Assembly: GCA_030390025.1 (NCBI GenBank)
Contig: CM059425.1
Coordinates: forward strand, 261,082,001 to 261,146,000
DNA: 64,000 nt
From: Squalus acanthias
Lineage: Eukaryota
Direction: 5' to 3'
In this document: positions 35,259-48,899 of the stretch, piece by piece
Layout of the letters: each line of letters starts with the position of its first letter
Position numbering within the stretch: the stretch's first letter is position 1
The notes under the pieces: generated by a model
What the model saw: the letters and a program-made list of their open reading frames with translations, nothing else
Database searches by the model: none
Told to the model about the DNA's origin: nothing
Program-made: the position numbers and the translations under genes

Positions 35259-38200
35259 CAACGTGTCATAGAGTTATACAGCACAGAAAGAGGCCCTTCG
35301 GCCCATCGTGTCCACGCCAGCCATCAAGCCCTGTCTATTCTAATCCCATTTTCCAGCACTTGGTCCGTAGCCTTATATGCTATGTCGATTCAAGTGCTCA
35401 TCTAAATGCTTCTTGAATGTTGTGAGGGTTCCTGCCTCTACCACCCTTTCAGGCAATGAGTTCCAGATTCCAACCACCCTCTGGGTGAAAAAGCTTTTCC
35501 TCAAATCCCCTCTAAACCTCCTGCCCCTTACCTTGAAACTATGCCCCCTGGTTATTGATCCCTCTACTAAGGGGAAAAGTTCCTTTCTATCTACCCTATC
35601 TATGCCCCTCATAATTTTGTACACCTTAATCGGGTCCCCCCTCAGCCTTCTCTGCTCTAAGGAAAACAACCCCAGCCTGTCCAGTCTATCTTCATAGCTG
35701 AAGTGCTCCAGCCCAGGTAACATCCTGGTGAATCTCCTCTGCACCCTCTCCAATGCAATCACATCCTTCCTATAGTGTGGCGACCAGAACTGCACGCAGT
35801 ATTCCAGCTGTGGCCTAACTAGCGTTTTGTACAGCTCCATCATAACCTCCCTGCTCTTATATTCAATGCCTCGGCTAATGAAGGCAAGTATCCCATATGC
35901 CTTTTTAACCACCTTATCTACCTGTCCTGCTGCCTTCAGGGATCTATGTACATGCACACCAAGGTCCCTCTGTCCTTCCTAGGGTCCTGCCATTCATTGT
36001 GTATTCCCTGTCCTTGTTACTCCTCTCAAAATGCATCACCTCACACTTTTCATGGTTAAATTCCATTTGCCACTGTTCTGCCCATCTGACCAACCCGTCT
36101 ACATCATCCTGTAGCCTGAGGCTTCCCTCCTCGCTATTTACCACTCCACTAATTTTGTGTCATCTGCGAACTTACTGATCATACCTCCTACATTCATATC
36201 TAAATCATTAATGTACATTACAAACAGCAAATACCCAGCACCGATCTCTGTGGTACACCACTGGACACAGGCTTCCAATCACAAAAACAACCTTTGACCA
36301 TCGCTCTCTGCCTCCAGCCACTAAGCCAATTTTGGATCCAATGTGCCAAATTGCCCTGGATCCCATGGTACTCTTACCTTCTTGACCAGTCTTCCATGCG
36401 GGACTTTATCAAAAGCCTTACTGAAGTTCATGTAGACTACATCAACTACACTACCCTCATCCATACACCTAGTCACCCCCTTGAAAAATTCAATCAAATT
36501 GGTTAGACATGATCTCCCCCTGACACAGCCATGCTGACTATCCTTGATTAATCCTTGCCTCTCCAAGTGGCCCTCAGAATTTTTTCCAATAATTTCCCTA
36601 CCACTGATGTTAGGCTCACTGGCCTGTAATTCCCTGGTTTATCCCTACTACCCTTCTTGAATAATGGTACTACGTTAGCTGTCCTCCAGTCCTCTGGCAC
36701 CTACCCTGTGGCCAGAGAGGTTCTGAAAATTTGTGTCAGAGCCCCTGCAATCTCCTCCCTTGCCTCACACAGCAGCCTGGGATACATCTCATCTGGGCCT
36801 GGGGATTTATCCACTTTTAAGCCCGCTAAAACCGCTAGTACCTCCTCCCTCTCAATATTAATTTATTCGAGTATATCACAATCCCCCTGCCTGATTTCTA
36901 TGCTTACATCGTCCTTCTCCATAGTGAACACAGATGCAAAATATTCATTGAAAACCTCACCTACATCTTCCGGCTCTACACACAGATTGTCACTTTGGTC
37001 ACCAATGGGCCCTACTCTTTCCCTGGTTATCCTCTTGCCCTTAATATACTTATAATACACCTTGGGATTTTCCTTTATTTTGCCGGCCAGTGTTTTTTCA
37101 TGCCCCCTCTTCGCTCTCCTAATTTCTTTTTTAAGTACCCCCCTGCACTTTCTATACTCCTCTAGGGCTTCCACTGTTTTTAGTCCTTTGTATCTGCCAA
37201 AAGCCTCCCTTTTTTTCTTAATCCATTCTTGTATATCCCTTGACATCCAGGGTTCCCTGGGTTTGTTGGTCCCACCCTTGACCTTTACGGGAACATGTTG
37301 GCATTGTACTCTCTCTATTTCCTTTCTGAAAGACTCCCACTGCTCTGATGTGGATTTTCCTATAAGTAGCTGATCCCAGTCCACTTTGGCCAGATCCTGC
37401 CTTAACATATTAAAATCGGCCTTCCCCCAATTTAGAACCTTTATTTCCGGTCCATCTTTGTCCTTTTCCATGACTACCTTAAATCTCACCGAATTATGGT
37501 CACTGTCACCAAATTGCTCTCCTACTGACACTTCTACCACTTGCCCGGCAACATTCCCTAGAATTAGGTCCAGTACCGCCCCCTCTCTTGTAGGACTTTC
37601 TACATGCTGGCTCAAAAAGCTCTCTTGGATGCACTTTAAGAATTCCGCACCCTCTAAGCCTTTCACACTCTGACTATCCCAGTTAATATTGGGGATGTTG
37701 AAATCCCCTCCTATTATTATCCTATTATTTCTACACTTCTCTGAGATTTGCCTACATATCTGTTCCTCTATCTCCCCCTGACTGTTTGGGGGCCTATAGT
37801 ACACTCCCAGCAAAGTGCTTGCCCCCTTTTTGTTTTTAAGTTCTACCCATATGGCCTCATTAGAGGAACCTGCTAAGATATCATCCCTCCTTACTGTAGT
37901 AATTGACTCCTTGATTAATATTGCGACACCCACTCTTTTACACCCCCCTCTGTCTCGCCTGAAGATTCTATTCCCTGGAATATTAAGCTGCCCCTCCCTC
38001 AACCATGTCTCTGTGATAGCAACAATATCATACTCCCATGTGTTCATCAACACCTTCAATTCATCTGCCTTACTCGCAAGACTCCTTGCATTAAAATAAA
38101 TGCCATCCAGCCTTGCCATACTCCCTTGTGCCGTTACATATTTGCTCTGCCTTCCAGGCTGACTTGTTTTTTCCTCTATATTTGGCTGTGCATCACCCCC

Positions 38201-38425
38201 TACTATAGCTCCACTCCTTATCCCATCCCCCTGCCAAGTTAGTTTAAACCCCCCTCCCCAACAGTACTAGCAAACCTCCCCGCAAGGATGTTGGTCCCGT
38301 TCCGGTTCGGATGCAACCCGTCCGACTTGTACAGGTCCCATCTTCCCCAGAAGCAGACCCAGTGATCCAGGAAACTAAAGCTTTCCCTCCTGCACCAACT
38401 CTTTAGCCGCGCATTCATCTGCTCT
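35259..38425 (-). mobile_element. CR1 (end of ORF1 plus ORF2) inserted into an older + strand CR1 (34640-39050)
   Basis: 418-aa APE ORF 36863-38119 and RT pieces; TSD ATAGTT (35253-35258, 38426-38431); nearly identical to 385-1060. Confidence 0.9.
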
Positions 38426-39615
38426 ATAGTTAGAGGAAGAGGGGCTGATTAGGGACCAAAAAGGAAGTCGTCTTGTGGAGGCCAAGGGCATGGCTGAGGT
38501 ACTAAATGAGTGTTTTGCATCTGTCTTCACTAGAGAAGAGGATGCTGCCAATGTCACAGTGAAGGAGGAGTTAGTAGCGATATTGGATAGGATAAAAATA
38601 GAGAAAGAGGAGGTAATTAAAAAGTTGGCAGTACTGGAACTAGAAAAGACACCCATCCAGATGGGATGTATCCTAGGTTGCTGAGGGAAGTAAGGGTGGA
38701 ATTAGCGGAGGCTCTGACCATAAACTTTAATCCTCCTTGGATATGGGGGTGGTGTCAGAGGACTGGAGGGTTGTAAATGTTACACCCCTGTTCAAAAAAG
38801 GGGAGAGGGAATAAACCCGGCAACTACAGGCCAGTCAGCCTAACGTCGGTGGTGGGGAAACTTTTAGAGACAATAATCCGGGACAAAATTATTTGACACT
38901 TGGAAAAGTATGGGCTAATAAATGAAAGCCAGCATGGATTTTTTGAATTCAAATCGTATTTGACTAACTTGATTGAGTTATTTGATGAAGTAAAGGCAAG
39001 GGTTGATGAGGGTTGTGCGGTTGGTGTTGTGTATACGGACTTTCAAAAAAAAAAATTACACAGCAAGTTGTTGTGATCTGGAATGTGCTGCCTGAAAGCA
39101 CGGAGGAAGCAGATTCAATATTAACTTTCAAAAGGGATTTGGATAAATACTTGAAGGGTAAAAATTTGCAGGGCTATGGGTAAAGAGCAGGGGAGTGGGA
39201 TTAATTAGATAGCTCTTCCAAAGAGCTGGCACATACACGATGGGCCAAATTGCCTCCTTCTGTGCTGTATCATTCCATGAAAATCCCAGCTTTTCTTACA
39301 AATATTGAATAACTATCTGAGGAGAGTTCACAAGAGATTAAGCTCAAGGCATCCAAGGTTCCATCCAGCGAGCCTCCTGCAGGCAAATATGCAGATGTGT
39401 ATCACTTGTGTGTTTACTGTGATTGATACATCAATATACAGAGCACATAAAATCTACTAAATCTTGTGTATCTTTATAAAGTATTAAAGTTGCTGACACT
39501 AGATTCTTGGACCTATTAAAAAATGAGATAAGACAGAAGCAAAAATCTTACACCAGTGCTGAGCTGGACGAAGTTGTGATTCATCCAGGACTTGCTATCA
39601 GGTAAGTCTGACAGC

Positions 39616-40895
39616 AGAGAGGTGGTGGAGGGGCGGAGAGAGGTGGTGGAGGAGTGAGAGAGGTGGTGGAGGAGTGAAGAGAGGTGGTGGAGGGTGAAGA
39701 GAGGTGGTGGAGGGGCAGAGAGAGGTGGTGGAGGAGTGAAGAGAGGTGGCAGAGGAGTGAAGAGAGGTGGTGGAGGGTGGAGAGAGGTGGTGGAGGGGCA
39801 GAGAGGTGGTGGAGGGGTGGAGAGAGGTGGTGGAGGAGTGAAGAGAGGTGGTGGAGGGGTGGAGAGAGGTGGTGGAGGGTGAAGAGAGGTGGTGGAGGGT
39901 GAAGAGAGGTGGTGGAGGGGCGGAGAGAGGTGGTGGAGGGTGAAGAGAGGTGGTGGAGGGTGAAGAGAGAGGTGGTGGAGGGGCGGAGAGAGGTGGTGGA
40001 GGGGCGGAGAGAGGTGGTGGAGGGGTGGAGAGAGGTGGTGGAGGGTGAAGAGAGGTGGTGGAGGGGCAGAGAGGTGGTGGAGGGGTGGAGAGGTGGTGGA
40101 GAGAGGTGGTGGAGGGGCGGAGAGGTGGTGGAGGGGCAGAGAGAGGTGGTGGAGGGGCAGAGAGAGGTGGTGGAGGGGCTGAGAGAGGTGGTGGAGGGGT
40201 GGTGAGAGGTGATGGAGGGGTGAAGAGAGGTGGTGGAGGGTGAAGAGAGGTGGTGGAGGGTGAAGAGAGAGGTGGTGGAGGGGCAGAGAGAGGTGGTGGA
40301 GGGGCAGAGAGGTGGTGGAGGGGCAGAGAGGTGGTGGAGGGGTGGAGAGAGGTGGTGGAGGGGCGGAGAGGTGGTGGAGGGGCGGAGAGGTGGTGGAGGG
40401 GCAGAGAGAGGTGGTGGAGGGGCAGAGAGAGGTGGTGGAGGGGCAGAGAGAGGTGGTGGAGGGGCGGAGAGAGGTGGTGGAGGGGCGGAGAGAGGTGGTG
40501 GAGGGGTGGTGAGAGGTGATGGAGGGGCGGAGAGAGGTGGTGGAGGGGTGAAGAGAGGTGGTGGAGGAGTGGAGAGGTGGTGGAGGAGTGGAGAGGTGGT
40601 GGAGGAGTGGAGAGGTGGTGGAGGAGTGGAGAGGTGGTGGAGGGGCAAGGAGAGGTGGTGGAGGGGCAGAGAGGTGGTGGAGGAGTGGAGAGAGGTGGTG
40701 GAGGGGTGGAGAGTTGGTAGAGGGGTGAAGAGAGGTGGTGGAGGGGCGGAGAGGTGGTGGAGAGATGAAGAGAGGTGGTGGAGGAGTGAAGAGGCGGTGG
40801 AGGGGCGGAGAGTTGGTAGAGGGGTGAAGGGAGGTGGTGGAGAGATGAAGAAAGGTGGTGGAGGTGCGAAGAGAGTCGGTGGAGGAGTGAAGAGG
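39616..40895. repeat. G-rich minisatellite (GAGAGGTGGTGGAGGGGY)n, 19-21-bp units, inside an L2 remnant
   Basis: Direct inspection; flanked by minus-strand L2-like sequence (about 39540-41900). Confidence 0.95.
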
Positions 40896-42535
40896 AGTTG
40901 TTGCTAGGAAGGGAACAGAAGTCATTGCTGATACATTTCCAGTTAGGTAGGAGCAGAACCATGTTAGAGCAGTCTTATGGAGCTGGATGATGGATAGAGG
41001 CAGTGGAGGAGGATGGTGGGGTCAACTGTTTTCAAACACTGCAAAAGAGGTGAAGGAGAGAAAATGCACTGCAGTCACAGAGGATGTCACTTGTGACTTT
41101 GGGTAGGGGCAACTCTGTACTGTGGGTGGGTCTGGAAACCAAACTGGACAGATTCAGACAGTGAGTCACTGGGCATGGAGCTGGGAGGCGAAAAAACATT
41201 TGAGGGCATTAGGGAGGTTGGAGAAGAGGCGGTTGTTGGAGAGGATGTGTTGAGGGTGTTTTTTTGAGGGGTTGTGATGTTGGCAGTTTTGAAGGGGAGG
41301 GGGCAACACTTGAGAAAAGGAAACCGTTTATGATGCCAACTCGCACGTGGTCCAGGAACGGGAGTAGAGTGGTCAGGGGTTGAGTGGGGAGGGGAACAAG
41401 GGAACAAAAGGTGCATCTCATGGACGAGATGATATTGGAGAGATGGAGAAGCAATAAGACGGGGGTTTCTTGTCTATCATCAGTGGGACACCAGAGGAGG
41501 TTAGGGGGTTCTGATGGGAGGAAGTAAAGGAGGGGCAAAGCAACCCATGAACTCTTTGCATTTAGTGCTTGAGGTGATGGTGGAGGGAGTGGGGGAGAGG
41601 GTTCTAAGGAAGCAGTTGGTCATGGAATAAAGGAGTCTGGTGTTGTCCTCGCCCTCCAGGATGAGCTTGAAGTAATAGGCAGTTTTGGCTGAGGAGAGGC
41701 TGAGAAGTATGGGAGTGCGTGACATGTCAACCCAATGCTTCCAATTGATGAATTGGCCAATTATGCACCAGGTACACTCAAGGTGTGAATTGAGGTGGCA
41801 AAAGATGGGGGTCATACTGGGGAACCACAGGAGCGGGAAAAGTGACCGAATTACAAGGATGTCAAAAGCAAGAAAGAAGTTTGTGCACTGAACGGTCAGC
41901 CTAGATTAAAGGCTCTGCTCTTGCCTTGAACCTACGTCTTTCAGATTCAGAGGCAAGAGTGCTACCAACTGAGCCAAGCTGCCATTACAAAGAGGACACA
42001 TTGCTATAATTTTTCTTCATTGTTCCTTCCTCTGACATTCGGGATCAGTCTAGTGCCTCTTCTCTGCACTGCGTCCAGGACTTAAATGTCCTCCTGTGTG
42101 ACCAGAACTGGACATGGTGCTCAGGATGTCTTGGGTAATGGTTGACAGGTGTTTTTGTGACCGGAAGGCTGTTTCCAGTGGGGTTCTGCAGGGCTCTGTA
42201 CTAGGTCCCTTGCCTTTTGTGGTATATATCAATGATTTAGACTCCAATGTAGGGGGCATGATTTAAGAAGTTTGCAGATGATACAAAAATTAGCCGTGTG
42301 GTTGATAGTGAGGAAGGAAGCTGTAGACTGCAGGAAGATATCAATGGACTGGTCAGGTGGGCAGAAAAGTGGCAAATGGAATTCAATCTGGAGAAGTGTG
42401 AAGTAATGCATTTGGAGAGAGCTAACAAGGCAAGGGAATACACAATAACTGGTAGGATATTGAGAAGCATAGAGGAACAGAGGGACCTTGGAGTGCATGT
42501 CCACAGATCAGGTAACTAAGGTGGTTAAGAAGGCA

Positions 42536-43202
42536 ACAGAAAACGCTGGAAAAACTCAGCAGGCCAGGCAGCATCTGTGGAGAGAGAAAGAGAGTTAACG
42601 TTTCAGGTCGATGACCTTTCGTCAGAACTGTGAAGAGCCGGAAATCAAATAGATTTAAGGCCAGAGTAAAGCTGGGAAAAGGGGGAGGGGATAAAAGAAC
42701 AAAGGGGGAGATGAAGAGACATTAAGAGACATTAAGAGATATGCAAGGCTAGAGGTGGCGTTAATGTGACAGATTAAGGCTGAAAGAAGTGTGAAATCCA
42801 CTGGCAGAATGAAGGACAGCTGCCAGCTTCTAGGAGGAAAAAAAAGGGGGGGGGGAGCAAATAAAAGGGTGGAAAAAATAAAATATAAATGTGATTGGAG
42901 CTGAGGTTATGATCTAAAATTGTTGAACTCGATATTGAGTCCAGAGGGCTGTAGCGTGCCTAAACGAAAGATGAGGTGCTGTTCCTCGAGCTTACGCTGC
43001 GCTTCCGTGGAACAGTGTAATAGGCCGAGGACGGTGAGGTCAGAGTGGGAGTGAAGCGGTGAATTAAAGTGACAGGCCACCGGGAGCTCGGGGTCCCCCT
43101 TACGGACTGAACGGAGGTGTTCCGCAAAGCGGTCACCCAATCTGCGTTTGGTCTCCCCAATGTAGAGGAGACCACATCGTGAGCAGCGAATACAGTATAC
43201 TA
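42536..43202 (-). mobile_element. Penelope-like element 3' end (GIY-YIG endonuclease and pLTR)
   Basis: LVYCIRCSRCGLLYIGETKRRLGDRFAEH..PVACHF..RKLEEQHLIFRLGTLQPSGLN; TSD AAGAAGGCA (42527-42535, 43203-43211). Confidence 0.92.
42593..42629 (-). ncRNA. Minimal type I hammerhead ribozyme
   Basis: Minus strand AGTT-CTGACGA-A-AGGTC-atc-GACCT-GAAA-CGTT-AACT: both cores, helix II, palindromic AACGTT helix III, helix I AGUU/AACU. Confidence 0.75.
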
Positions 43203-43845
43203 AAGAAGGCATATGGGATACTCCCTGTTATTATCCGAGGCATAGAATATAAGAGCAGGGAGGTTATGCTTGAACTGTATGCAACACTAGTTAGGCCACA
43301 GCTAGAGTATTGTGTACAGTTCTGGTCACCACATTACAGGAAGATGTGATTGCACTAGACAGGGTACAGAGGAGATTTACGAGACTGTTGGCAGGACTGG
43401 AGAATTTTAGCTATGATGAAAGATTGGATAGGCTGTAGTTGTTTTCTTTGGAACAGAGGAGGCTAAGGGGAGATTTAATTGAGGTGTATAAAATTATGAT
43501 CACATTTAAAAAGTACTTGGATATACACTTGAATCCCATAACCTACAAGGCTACAAACCAAGAGCTGGAAAGTGGGATTGGGCTGGATAGCTCTTTTTCG
43601 GTTGTCACAGACACGATGGGCCAAAATGGCCTCCTTCTGTGCCGTAAATTTCTATGATTCAATGATTCTATGTGACCAGACCAGAGTACCGTACAGTCTG
43701 AGCATCACTGCCTCTGATTTGTAGCTGATTGGTGCTCCACTGTGAATGAACATGATAAGCATCAAACCCATTAATGTACCGAGATATCTTTCAACTTAAT
43801 CCTTAACCATTTGAAGACCATTTGTGGTGTATTCACTTTGGTCAG

Positions 43846-43879
<34 letters not shown>

Positions 43880-44455
43880 GCAGAAGGTTGTGGGTTCAAG
43901 ATACACTCCAGAGACTTTGATCACATAATCTAGGCTGACACCCCAGTGCAGTACTGAGGGAGTGCTGCACTGTCGGAGGTGCCGTCCTTTGGATGAGACG
44001 TTAAACCAAGACCCCGTCTGCCCTCTCAGGTGGATATAAAAGATCCCATGGCACTCGTTCGAAGAAGAGCAGGGGAGTTATCATCAGTGTCCTGGTCAAC
44101 ATTTATCCCTCAATCAACATAACTAAAACAGATTAATTGGTCATTTATCTCATTACTTCGAGGGAGATGGTGAGGGAATCGCTGATCAAATTGGACCTAT
44201 CCAACGAGGCCCAGATACCAATTGCTAATTCTACTTATATATTCATTCTGCATGGCCAGTTGTATGCCTTAATAGGGCCTCATTAAATTGTCCCTAAACA
44301 GAACTCTGCCAGTTAATTTGCGGGAACTCTTCTCTCATTTCTTAAAGTTGCCCTTTCTAATAATGAGGGGGGAGTGGGGTATTGGAAAACCCCAATTATT
44401 TCAGCCGTGGCTCATTTGGCAGCACAATTTGCGCACAGCAAGATCCCACAGACAG

Positions 44456-46441
44456 CACGTTGGAGAACGTTACTTAAAGGGTTGACGGTGGATAGGCAAT
44501 GGCAAACATTTAAAGATCGTATGGATGAACTGCAGAATTTGTTCATCCCTGTCTGGCATAAAAATAAAACAAAAAAGGTGGCACAACCATGGCTAACAAG
44601 GGAAATTGGGGATAGCATAAGATCCAAGGAGAGGGCATATAAATTGGCCAGAAAAAGCAGCAAACCTGAGATTGGGAGCAGTTTAGGATTCAGCAAAGGA
44701 GGACAAAAGGATTAATTAAGAGGGGTAAAATAGAGTATGAGAGTAAGCTTTCAGGGAACATAAAAACTGACTGTAAAAGCTTCTATAGATATGTGAAGAG
44801 AAAAAGATTGGTGAAGTCAAGCGTAGGTCCCTTGCAGTCAGAATCAGGGGAATTTATAATGGGGAACAAAGAAATGGCTGACCAATTAAATACATACTTT
44901 GGTTCTATCTTCACAAAGGAGGACACAAATAACCTCCCAGAGATGTCTGGGAACATAGGATCTAATGAGAGGGAGTTCCCCTAGATTGGAGGGTAGCTAA
45001 TGTAACCCCACTATTTAAAAAAGGTGGTAGAGAGAAAATGGGGAATTATAGACCCGTAAGCCTGACATCGGTAGTGGGGAAAATGCTAGAGTCCATTGTA
45101 AAAGATGTAATAGCAGAGCACTTGGAAAACAGTGACAGGATCGGACAAAGTCAACATGGATTTACAAAACGTAAATCATGCTCGACTAATCTACTGGAAT
45201 TTTTTGAGGATGTAACTGGTAGAATAGATAAGGGAAACCAGTGGATGTGGTATATTTGGACTTTCAGAAGGCTTTCGATAAGGTCCCGCATAAGAGATTA
45301 GCGTGCAAAGTTAAAACACATGGGATTGGGGGTAAGGTACTGACTTGGATAGAGAACTGGTTGGCAGACAGGAAGCAAAGAGTTGGAACAAACAGGTCTT
45401 TTTCCGGGTGGCAGGCAGTGACTTGTGGAGTACCGCAGGGATCGGTGCTAGGACCCCAGCTATTCACAATATATATTAATGATCTAGACGAGGGAACTAG
45501 ATGTAATATCTCCACGTTTGCAGACGACACAAAGCTGGGTGGGCGTGTGTGCTGTGAGGAGGATGCAGAGAAACTCCAGTATGATTTGGACAGGTTGGGT
45601 GATTGGGCAGATGCATGGCAGATGCAGTATAATGTGGATAAATGCGAGGTTATCCACTTTGGTGGCAAAAACAGGAAGGCAGATTATTATCTGAACGGCA
45701 ATAGATTGGGAGAAGGGGAAGTGCAACGAGACCTGGGTGTCCTTGTGCACCAGTCGCTGAAGGTAAGCATGCAGGTGCAGCAGGCGGTTAAGAAGGCAAA
45801 TGGTATGTTGGCCTTCATAGCGAGAGGATTCAAGTACAGGAGCAAGGATGTCTTGCTGCAGTTGTACAGGGCCTTGGTGAGACCACACCTTGAGTATTGT
45901 GTGCAGCTTTGGTCGCCTTATCTGAGGAAGGATGTTCTTGCCATGGAGGGAGTGCAGCGAAGATTCACCAGACTGATACCTGGGATGGCAGGAATGACGT
46001 ATGAAGAGAGATTGGGTCGATTGGGCTTGGATTCGCTAGAGTTTAGAAGAATGAGAGGGGATCTCATTGAAACTTATAAAATTCTAACAGGACTAGACAG
46101 ACTAGATGCAGGAAGGATGTTCCCGATGGCGGGGGAGTCCAGAACCAGGGGTCACAGTCTAAGGATAAGGGGTAAGCCATTTAGGACTGAGATGAGGAGG
46201 AATTTCTTCACCCAGAGAGTGGTGAACCTGTGGAATTCTCTACCACAGAAGGCAGTTGAGGCCAATTCATTAAATATATTCAAGAAGGAGTTAGATATAT
46301 ATCTTAAGGCTAAAGGGATCAAGGGATATGGGGAGAAAGCAGGGACAGGGTACTGAATTTGGATGATCAGCCATGATCGCATTAAATGGCGGAACAGGCT
46401 CGAGGGGCCGAATGGCCTACTCCTGCTCCTATCTTCTATGT
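44456..46441 (+). mobile_element. Young 5'-truncated CR1
   Basis: 371-aa RT ORF 45241-46356; same subfamily as 59433-61358 (inverted). Confidence 0.92.
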
Positions 46442-46769
46442 AATCCGGTTTAGCAAAATTGGTTGAGGGATAAATATTGGCCAGGACACCGGGGAGAACT
46501 CCTCTAGCTCTTATTTTGTGGGAGCTTGCTGTGCGCAAATTGGCTGCCCCGTTTCCTACATCACAACAGTGACTACACTTCAAAAAGGCTGTAAAGCCCT
46601 TCATTGGCTGTAAAGCGCTTTGGGACGTCCTGAGGTGGTGAAAGGCGCTGTAGAAATGCAAGACTTTCTTTCTTGGATCTGGGGACAATGGGGTTTATTC
46701 AGACTGAATTTCAATCTTTGTTTCCTTCCTCTGACAGTGAGGCAAGTTTCAGTTTGGTCTGTAGTCCTA

Positions 46770-47170
46770 TTGACTGATGCGCAGCCCGGGCAGGCTGTGC
46801 TTGTGTCCCGCAGGCGGCGCCCAGTGCCTCTGTGACCCGGGCAAGGAAGGCTTTTGTGGGGCGGGAGCATCCGAGCGAGCGCCGCCTCCTCTCCAGCCTC
46901 TCCGGCCGCCCTGCTTCCACATAAGGCAAGGCGGAGTGTCAACAGCACCAGAGAGAGAGAGAGAGAGCGAGCGAGCAATCCGGAATAACACCGGCAGTGA
47001 TGTGTGCAAAGCAGCGATCACACCCGGAGCGCCAACAACCCGGAGCCGGAGCCCAGCCGGAGCTCGGCGCTTCCCGGCTGCGGCAGTGAGCGGAGCCGAG
47101 ACCCGGAGCGGCTGCAAAAACCAGAGGCAGGAATGGGAGCGGAAACATTGTAATTCTCGAACGCAGCCGG
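46770..47170 (+). promoter_or_regulatory. CpG island, probable TESK1 promoter and 5' UTR
   Basis: Non-TE GC/CpG-rich stretch with a GGGGCGGG box, about 1.8 kb upstream of the TESK1 ATG. Confidence 0.55.
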
Positions 47171-48165
47171 GAACCGGGATCAGACCCGGAGCAGGTGGAG
47201 GGGAAACCGGAATCAGATCCTGAGCAGTCAGAGAGGAAACCGGGATCAGAGCCAGAGCTGGGTGAGGGGAACCGGGATCAGACCCGGAGCAGGTGGAGGG
47301 GAAATCGGAATCAGATCCTGAACAGCTAGAGAGGAAACCGGGATCAGAGCCAGAGCTGGGTGAGGGAATCCGGGATCAGACCAGGAGCAGTTAGAGGGAA
47401 AACCGGGATCAGACTCGGAGCAGTTAGAGAGGAAACTGGGATCAGACCTGGAACAGGGGGAGAGGGGAAACCAGGATCAGATCTGGAGCAGTTAAAGGGG
47501 GAACCGGGATCAGATCTGGAGCAGGGTGAGAGGGGAACCGGGATCAGACCCGGAGTGGCGTGAGGGGAACCGGGATCAGACCCGGAGTGGCGTGAGGGGA
47601 ACCGGGATCAGCGTGAGAGGGGAACCAGGATCAGACCCGGAGCAGCGTGAGGGGAACTGGGATCAGATCCGGAGTGGCGTGAGGGGAACCGGGATCAGCG
47701 TGAGAGGGGAACCAGGATCAGACCCGGAGCAGCGTGAGGGGAACTGGGATCAGATCTGGAGTGGCGTGAGGGGAACCGGGATCAGCGTGAGAGGGGAACC
47801 AGGATCAGACCCGGAGTAGCGTGAGGGGAACTGGGATCAGATCCGGAGTGGCGTGAGGGGAACCAGGATCAGACCCGGAGCAGCGTGAGGGGAACTGGGA
47901 TCAGATCCGGAGTGGCGTGAGGGAGACCGGGATCAGTGTGAGAGGGGAACCAGGATCAGACACGGAGCAGCGTGAGGGGAACTGGGATCAGACCTGGAGC
48001 AGGGTGCGAGGGGAACTGGGATCAAACACGGAGCAGGGTGCGAGGGGAACTGGGATCAGACCCGGAGCAGGGTGAGAGGACCGTGATCAGACCCGGAGCA
48101 GGGTGAGAGGACCGTGATCAGACCCGGAGCAGGGTGAGAGGACCGTGATCAGACCCGGAGCGGGG
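47165..48165. repeat. Complex ~31-34-bp minisatellite (GGAACCGGGATCAGACCCGGAGCAG..)
   Basis: About 30 variant units with higher-order duplications. Confidence 0.92.
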
Positions 48166-48429
48166 TAAAGTCTGCTCAGTATCATCTTGCAATACTTTAT
48201 TTGATACATTGAGTGGACGGGAACGGCTCCTGTCAGTGCAGACTGTCTCTCGGGATCATTGGCTGCTTCACGCTGCCCAGATTCTGCTCTGTTTTAGGGT
48301 TACGGTCAACATTAGGAGCAGGGTGAGGATTCATTCCTGAGTGTACATTCCTGCCACTTCCCTATTGAAAGGGCTGCAGTCATCCCGAGCTGGTGATTAT
48401 TGATCAACGACCCCAATCAGAGGTTAGAT

Positions 48430-48640
48430 TGTTGACTAATTGGAAATTATCGATTGATCGGTGCTTGATTATTGACTGATGGATCATTGATTACTCGTTG
48501 CTTTATCGATTGATCGTTGCTGGATTATCGATTGATTGGAACCAGATTATCGATTGGTCGGTGCTGAATTATTGATTTATTGATAGATCATTGATTAATC
48601 GTTGTCGGATTATCGATTGATCATTACTGGATTATTGATT
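48430..48640. repeat. Degenerate ATTATCGATTGAT repeat
   Basis: Recurrent ATCGATTG units, with a duplicated ~110-bp block. Confidence 0.7.
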
Positions 48641-48899
48641 TATTTGCAAACTCTTATCCAGGCCAGTCCTGGGTTATTAATTCCCGCTGATCATTCCTCA
48701 TTTATTAATCGGTTTGCTGGTATATGCGATCGTCCGCAGAGGCCACAACTCTGAGTTTGGTGGTGTGAAGCCCTCCCTCTAAATCCCGGAAGCCTTCATC
48801 TCCCTCCCACCACCCCATCAGCAAGAGTCTCCTGATCCGGGAAAGATGTGAATCAGATTTCGGAGGGGTGGGGGTGGGTGGGGTTCATCTGCGAGGGAG

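Larger units (their letters stand above)
42130..43672 (+). mobile_element. CR1 3' fragment interrupted by a Penelope-like element
   Basis: KFADDTKI, WQMEFNLEKC, FSLEQRRLRGDLIEVYK. Confidence 0.85.

Noticed and set aside
39516-40962. Long Pro/His/Ser-rich ORFs (355-469 aa)
   Set aside because: Translations of a stop-free minisatellite in several frames; not genes
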